A stretch of DNA of 63,121 bases, the filler included, from Octopus bimaculoides (lineage: Eukaryota): assembly GCF_001194135.2 (NCBI RefSeq). It is 5 parts of 5 records of this genome, joined end to end, with 100 filler letters (N's around TTAATTAATTAA, not from the genome) between each part and the next. Parts side by side here need not be neighbours in the genome. Positions count along the whole stretch, not along the records: positions 54,813 to 61,818 come from NC_069005.1; positions 61,919 to 63,121 come from NW_026420535.1; 3 more parts are not named here. One strand, given 5' to 3'. Position 1 is the stretch's first letter, and each line of letters starts with the position of its first letter. Positions 56,822 through 63,121 of this stretch are shown here, one piece after another. The translations under genes were made by a program, and so were the position numbers. Below the pieces are notes generated by a model. It saw only the letters and a program-made list of their open reading frames with translations. It was not told the origin of the DNA and ran no database searches.

Positions 56822-59789
56822 CTAGTCTACCTGAAAATTGCCTTCTTTCTACGCTAAACGCATCCGCGATGGAAACNNNNNNNNNNNNNNNNNNNNNNNN
56901 NNNNNNNNNNNNNNNNNNNNNNNNNNNNNNNNNNNNNNNNNNNNNNNNNNNNNNNNNNNNNNNNNNNNNNNNNNNNNNNNNNNNNNNNNNNNNNNNNNNN
57001 NNNNNNNNNNNNNNNNNNNNNNNNNNNNNNNNNNNNNNNNNNNNNNNNNNNNNNNNNNNNNNNNNNNNNNNNNNNNNNNNNNNNNNNNNNNNNNNNNNNN
57101 NNNNNNNNNNNNNNNNNNNNNNNNNNNNNNNNNNNNNNNNNNNNNNNNNNNNNNNNNNNNNNNNNNNNNNNNNNNNNNNNNNNNNNNNNNNNNNNNNNNN
57201 NNNNNNNNNNNNNNNNNNNNNNNNNNNNNNNNNNNNNNNNNNNNNNNNNNNNNNNNNNNNNNNNNNNNNNNNNNNNNNNNNNNNNNNNNNNNNNNNNNNN
57301 NNNNNNNNNNNNNNNNNNNNNNNNNNNNNNNNNNNNNNNNNNNNNNNNNNNNNNNNNNNNNNNNNNNNNNNNNNNNNNNNNNNNNNNNNNNNNNNNNNNN
57401 NNNNNNNNNNNNNNNNNNNNNNNNNNNNNNNNNNNNNNNNNNNNNNNNNNNNNNNNNNNNNNNNNNNNNNNNNNNNNNNNNNNNNNNNNNNNNNNNNNNN
57501 NNNNNNNNNNNNNNNNNNNNNNNNNATATATATATATATATATATATAAAAGAGAGAGAGAACAGAACAGAATAGAATAGAATAGAAAATTGAATAAAAG
57601 TCCGAGATATGAGGGAGAAAATAGATGTGTAGATATGAATTCTTTATTTCATAATAGTTGGAAGGGCGATCTTACGGTACGAGTGCTAACATCGCCGTTG
57701 GAGGTATGGTGGGATGGTCAATATCTGTAAATATTTGTCTTTAAAATGAAAAAAAATAACAGCGTCGACAGAAAATCGAAACAAGAAAAAACCCAAAATA
57801 TCACCGAGGCATCATTTACTTCAAATAAAAGTTTTTAATTAGATAATACCTCTCAATTATTTCTGTATTTTAATATCATGAGGCACACATCCTCCGGTCA
57901 TCTGTTATCACACACGTTCATGTTTCTAGTTATTTGTGAATTACTTTGGACATTCTGGAATGTTCTAGTTAATATACCCAAATGTTTCTTCCCTCAACAT
58001 ATATACTACACGTTGCTAGAAACTCCGAGTGGCGACAGAGGCAATCGTCAGCTTTTCCCTAGATGCATCGTGGATTTCTTTTCTCGTTTGTAACACCAGA
58101 CACATGCATACACATTCCAACAGGCGTGCACACACAGAGACACGCACGCATGCATGCATTCATACAAACGCATGTATACATACATACGTGTATGTGTGCA
58201 TACATATACTACATGCCTATACATACACACATGTATGTATGTATGTATACGTATACATACATACAAATACATGTATGCATACATACAAACGTATATATAC
58301 ATACAAACACGCATGCATATACACACATTCCTAAACACGTGCATACGCGCATCAATATATACGTAGTTTCATGCATATACATACATACATACATGCATAC
58401 GCACGCACATGATGAAGTTATTTCTTATTACTAAAAAAAAATTTCTTATATGCTGTTCATTTAACGTAAATTTTACCTTAAAACTTCATAAAATATTCAT
58501 CTATTTTTACCTTTATTAAAAGCAACAAATATATACACCAAACTNNNNNNNNNNNNNNNNNNNNNNNNNNNNNNNNNNNNNNNNNNNNNNNNNNNNNNNN
58601 NNNNNNNNNNNNNNNNNNNNNNNNNNNNNNNNNNNNNNNNNNNNNNNNNNNNNNNNNNNNNNNNNNNNNNNNNNNNNNNNNNNNNNNNNNNNNNNNNNNN
58701 NNNNNNNNNNNNNNNNNNNNNNNNNNNNNNNNNNNNNNNNNNNNNNNNNNNNNNNNNNNNNNNNNNNNNNNNNNNNNNNNNNNNNNNNNNNNNNNNNNNN
58801 NNNNNNNNNNNNNNNNNNNNNNNNNNNNNNNNNNNNNNNNNNNNNNNNNNNNNNNNNNNNNNNNNNNNNNNNNNNNNNNNNNNNNNNNNNNNNNNNNNNN
58901 NNNNNNNNNNNNNNNNNNNNNNNNNNNNNNNNNNNNNNNNNNNNNNNNNNNNNNNNNNNNNNNNNNNNNNNNNNNNNNNNNNNNNNNNNNNNNNNNNNNN
59001 NNNNNNNNNNNNNNNNNNNNNNNNNNNNNNNNNNNNNNNNNNNNNNNNNNNNNNNNNNNNNNNNNNNNNNNNNNNNNNNNNNNNNNNNNNNNNNNNNNNN
59101 NNNNNNNNNNNNNNNTTTCATCTCTTCGTGGTTAATGAAATAAAATACCAGTTGGTATCGACCAATTCCCTGCCCTCAAAATTTCAGGCATTGTGTCTAA
59201 ATTGGAAACGAATTATTATCATTATCTTTTCGGCTTTTCACGTTCTGATTTCGAGTACCGCCCGTGTTAGCTTTGCTGTTCATCCCTCCGGGGTTGATGG
59301 AAGAAAGTACCAGTCAGATACTGAGGTCGTCGATAACGACTTCATCACATCCTCTCGAAATTGCTAGCCTTATGCCTACATCACAAACAATTATTATTAT
59401 CCTCTCTCTCTCTCTCTCTCTCTCTCGTAAACCCTCTTCCTCGTCTTCCGGAAGATCTTCCAGCAGACTAGGGTCTGCTGCTATTCATAGCCATTCGAAG
59501 AAGCGAAAAGAAGAACAACACACATGAACACAAACTCACATGCACATATACACACACTCACGCGCGCGTTCACATGCACACGCTTTCGCGCGGGCGCTAA
59601 TGCTCACATACGCGCACACACACACACACACGCGCGCGCACTTACGCACGCATGCACAGACTAATTCCTATTGCGGTCACATTGTGAGGGTTCATTACAA
59701 TATTCGGTTTGAATAGCAAACCGATCCCTGTCTTCTTCCGTGGATCACCACAGGGTGCTCGCTCCATTGGCCAGCTCTCGCCGATAACG

Positions 59790-60400
59790 GAGGCTCTACG
59801 CAGTTGTCTGATGTCCTTAAAATAGCAGCCGAATCTCCCTAGAATTACATCGCATTGTCTTAAAAACAAACGAAGGACTTTGTGGATAATATAGTCCTAC
59901 TAGCTACACACTGTCTGATTGAATTGAATAAGAAACAGGATGGATGGTCACGATTGGAACGTGTTGATTATACGTCTGGTCAGTGCTGGCCCGGGACTTA
60001 ACAACAGCAGTATATAATATTCGATTTTCATGAAATAGCAGCTAGATCCCCCTCAAAGTACACCGTTTTTGTCTTAAAAAAAAAAAGAAAGCGCACTGAA
60101 TAATGTAGTCTTAATACTGAGTATAATAAGAAATAAAGAAAAAACGGGATGGTCACGGCTGGAATATCCTGAAAATAAATCCGGCTTGATCAGACCTGGC
60201 CTCGGGCTAAACGGCAGAGGAACAATAACAGGAAGGACATATTGGATGATGTGTAGTCGCAGATGACACACGGTCTGAGTGAACTGAGACGGGACGTTCA
60301 CGGCTGGAACGTCTTTGATCGTAGATATTACTTAACCAGAGCTGACCCGGGGTTGAACATGTCGCAACACCAAATAACCGGCCAGTTTTCCTGTCAAGGA
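59790..60400 (+). mobile_element. Cluster of another short repeat family (AATAGCAGCCxAATCTCCC...GGATGGTCACGGCTGGAA)
   Basis: Several partial tandem copies; related segments near 16170-16350, 41230-41400, 44050-44260(-) and 61040-61260(-). Confidence 0.6.
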
Positions 60401-61696
60401 ACCTCTCACTAATTCGGTAGGTGTCCCGTGAACTTTTGTTTCGTTTTTTTTTTTTTTTTTTCAACTCGAAATTTCTTCTGCTCCACTGAACAACAACAAC
60501 ATCAACCACAACAACAACAACAATAATAATAATAATGTAAATAAATATTCTCTTTCGTTCTCTCTCTCTCTCTCTCACACACACAGTATCTATCTATCTA
60601 TCTATACCTTNNNNNNNNNNNNNNNNNNNNNNNNNNNNNNNNNNNNNNNNNNNNNNNNNNNNNNNNNNNNNNNNNNNNNNNNNNNNNNNNNNNNNNNNNN
60701 NNNNNNNNNNNNNNNNNNNNNNNNNNNNNNNNNNNNNNNNNNNNNNNNNNNNNNNNNNNNNNNNNNNNNNNNNNNNNNNNNNNNNNNNNNNNNNNNNNNN
60801 NNNNNNNNNNNNNNNNNNNNNNNNNNNNNNNNNNNNNNNNNNNNNNNNNNNNNNNNNNNNNNNNNNNNNNNNNNNNNNNNNNNNNNNNNNNNNNNNNNNN
60901 NNNNNNNNNNNNNNNNNNNNNNGTGTGTGTGTGTGTGTGTGTGTGTGTGTGATATCGCTCGCGTTCTGTTTCTTTAAACTATTTCTAATTAAGAAAAAAT
61001 TCTCGACATTTATTTATTATTGCAGTTTTCTTTATCTGCATTTCCCCCGGGAAGGGCACCCAAATTTATTCCATAAAAACTCCCGTCTATCGTTGTTTAG
61101 CCCCAGGCCAGTCCAGATCGAGCCGACCCGTGATCAACAAATGTTCCAGACCGAAATCTTCCCGTCATTTTTTTTTTCTTTCCCCCTTCCCGACATAAAT
61201 GTACCTAGGACTACGTTAGCTGCGTGTCCGTATAAGAAGAACATTGGATAAAATTTGACTGCTATTCCTTGTATATCGAACGACGAGCAAGTTCAACATA
61301 TATTCTAATATACATGGGGGAGAATCATTTAATTATTAATTATTATTATTATTTAGTTCATCCCATGCCAGCGTTTTATTTATTTCATTTTTATTCTTCT
61401 TCTTGTATTTATGATATAAGCAATATGTCTTGTTTTTGTTGCACTTCGATTTCTGTGTTGACATGTAAAACTATAAATTAATTAATGAAATAAATAAGTA
61501 TTAATGAGTGTAATAATAATAATGATGATGATGAGAAGCCTTGAACATGGCTGTGACGATGGTTATGGATGTGTATTAATTTTGCCACAAGGGGTAAATG
61601 GATTTGGGTGGTGGTGGGCACTACAATGACGAAGACCAAAATATGGTCGGCTGAGGGTTTCACCACTCCCACCGTTATGTGTAGGTATGTATATAT

Positions 61697-61737
<41 letters not shown>

Positions 61738-61778
61738 TGTATGTATACATATATGTGTGTGTGTGTTTATGTACGTAA

Positions 61779-61818
<40 letters not shown>

Positions 61819-61921
61819 NNNNNNNNNNNNNNNNNNNNNNNNNNNNNNNNNNNNNNNNNNNNTTAATTAATTAANNNNNNNNNNNNNNNNNNNNNNNNNN
61901 NNNNNNNNNNNNNNNNNNTAA

Positions 61922-61965
<44 letters not shown>

Positions 61966-63121
61966 TTTCCATCTATATGTCTATCTATCTGTCTGCCTAT
62001 GTATCTATTTATCTGTCTATCTTTCTATCTATTCATCTATATGTCTATCTGTCTGTCTGTTTGTATCTATCTATCTATCTATTTATCTATCTATCTACCT
62101 GTCTATGTCTGTCTGTCTGTCTATCTGTCTGTTTGTCTGTATATATATATATATGTGTGTGTGAATTGGTGCTGGGTATACTTAAAAAGAATTGGCAGCT
62201 TGCACCAGAAGAGAGCATTGAGTTGGTCTAGCATAACTTTTGATGCTGCATGTATAGATTTGGCAGGTTTACTGTGGTATTAATGTCTTTGTGACAAACG
62301 AACTATAAAAGGTCATGGCTTGACCTCAGGTCAAGGGGTGTTAATCATTTGACACATACACATAATTCAGCCTCCGTCTCAAACACACATGCACTCACAC
62401 ACGTATACACGCTCACACATGTACACACACTTGCACACACACATCTAAATGTAGTGTACTAGAAGAGATAGTATCACATCACAATAGAAATATCTATGTA
62501 TGCATATATATATATATATATACATGTATGTGTATGCATGTGTGTGCGTGTTTATGTGTGTATCATCATCATCATCATCGTTTAACGTCTGCTTTCCATG
62601 CTAGCATGGGTTGGACGATTTGACTGAGATATATATATATATATATATGTTTGTGTGTGTGTGTTTTATATGTATGTATGTATATATATATATATATACA
62701 CACACATACAAACATAGATAGACAGATAGACAAATAGATAGATAGATAATTGTATAGTTTTGTTAGACGAAATGGAAAATAAAATCTGCATTCATGTATG
62801 CATTCATGTGAATGTGTGCAGAAATGTGCACATGTATGCATGCATACATGCACACATGCGCACACAAAAAAGGAGGAAGGGAGATCTATGCATGAATGCA
62901 TATATACATACATATATATACATACACATACACAGACAGACACACGTGCATTGTACTTGCATATGGGTGATTATATATATGTACATATATGTGTGTGTAT
63001 GTGTATATACATATAATATGTATATACACATATATATGTGTATACACACATGTATATACACACATGTATAATATACACACACATAAATATACGCACAGAA
63101 ATTATATATATATATATATAT

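Overview
AT-rich, microsatellite-dense animal DNA from a gapped draft assembly. The SINE, RTE and MITE content looks cephalopod (Octopus-like); the species call is an inference. One protein-coding gene can be rebuilt on the minus strand: a mitochondrial-clan cytochrome P450. It has 11 phase-consistent GT-AG exons between 20923 and 39797, encoding about 541 aa; the start codon or first exon is not found. All P450 signature motifs are present, but the I-helix is atypical (A-S-V-E-S instead of A-G-x-D/E-T) and there are two N-terminal Cys-Pro-Phe motifs. The rest is repeat DNA: many tRNA-derived SINEs, a 5'-truncated RTE LINE with a PHD-like finger, decayed Penelope-like elements (PLEs), a Tc1/mariner remnant, several MITEs, and mini- and microsatellites. 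The most notable non-coding signal is a set of minimal type-I hammerhead-ribozyme (HHR)-like motifs at about nine loci. Three lie in head-to-head palindromic elements, including a 550-bp foldback whose arms each read tRNA-like Pol III head, (AAT)n, HHR-like motif, tail. HHR calls were folded by eye, and most copies carry core substitutions. Almost all ORF-track entries are microsatellite or N-gap artefacts.
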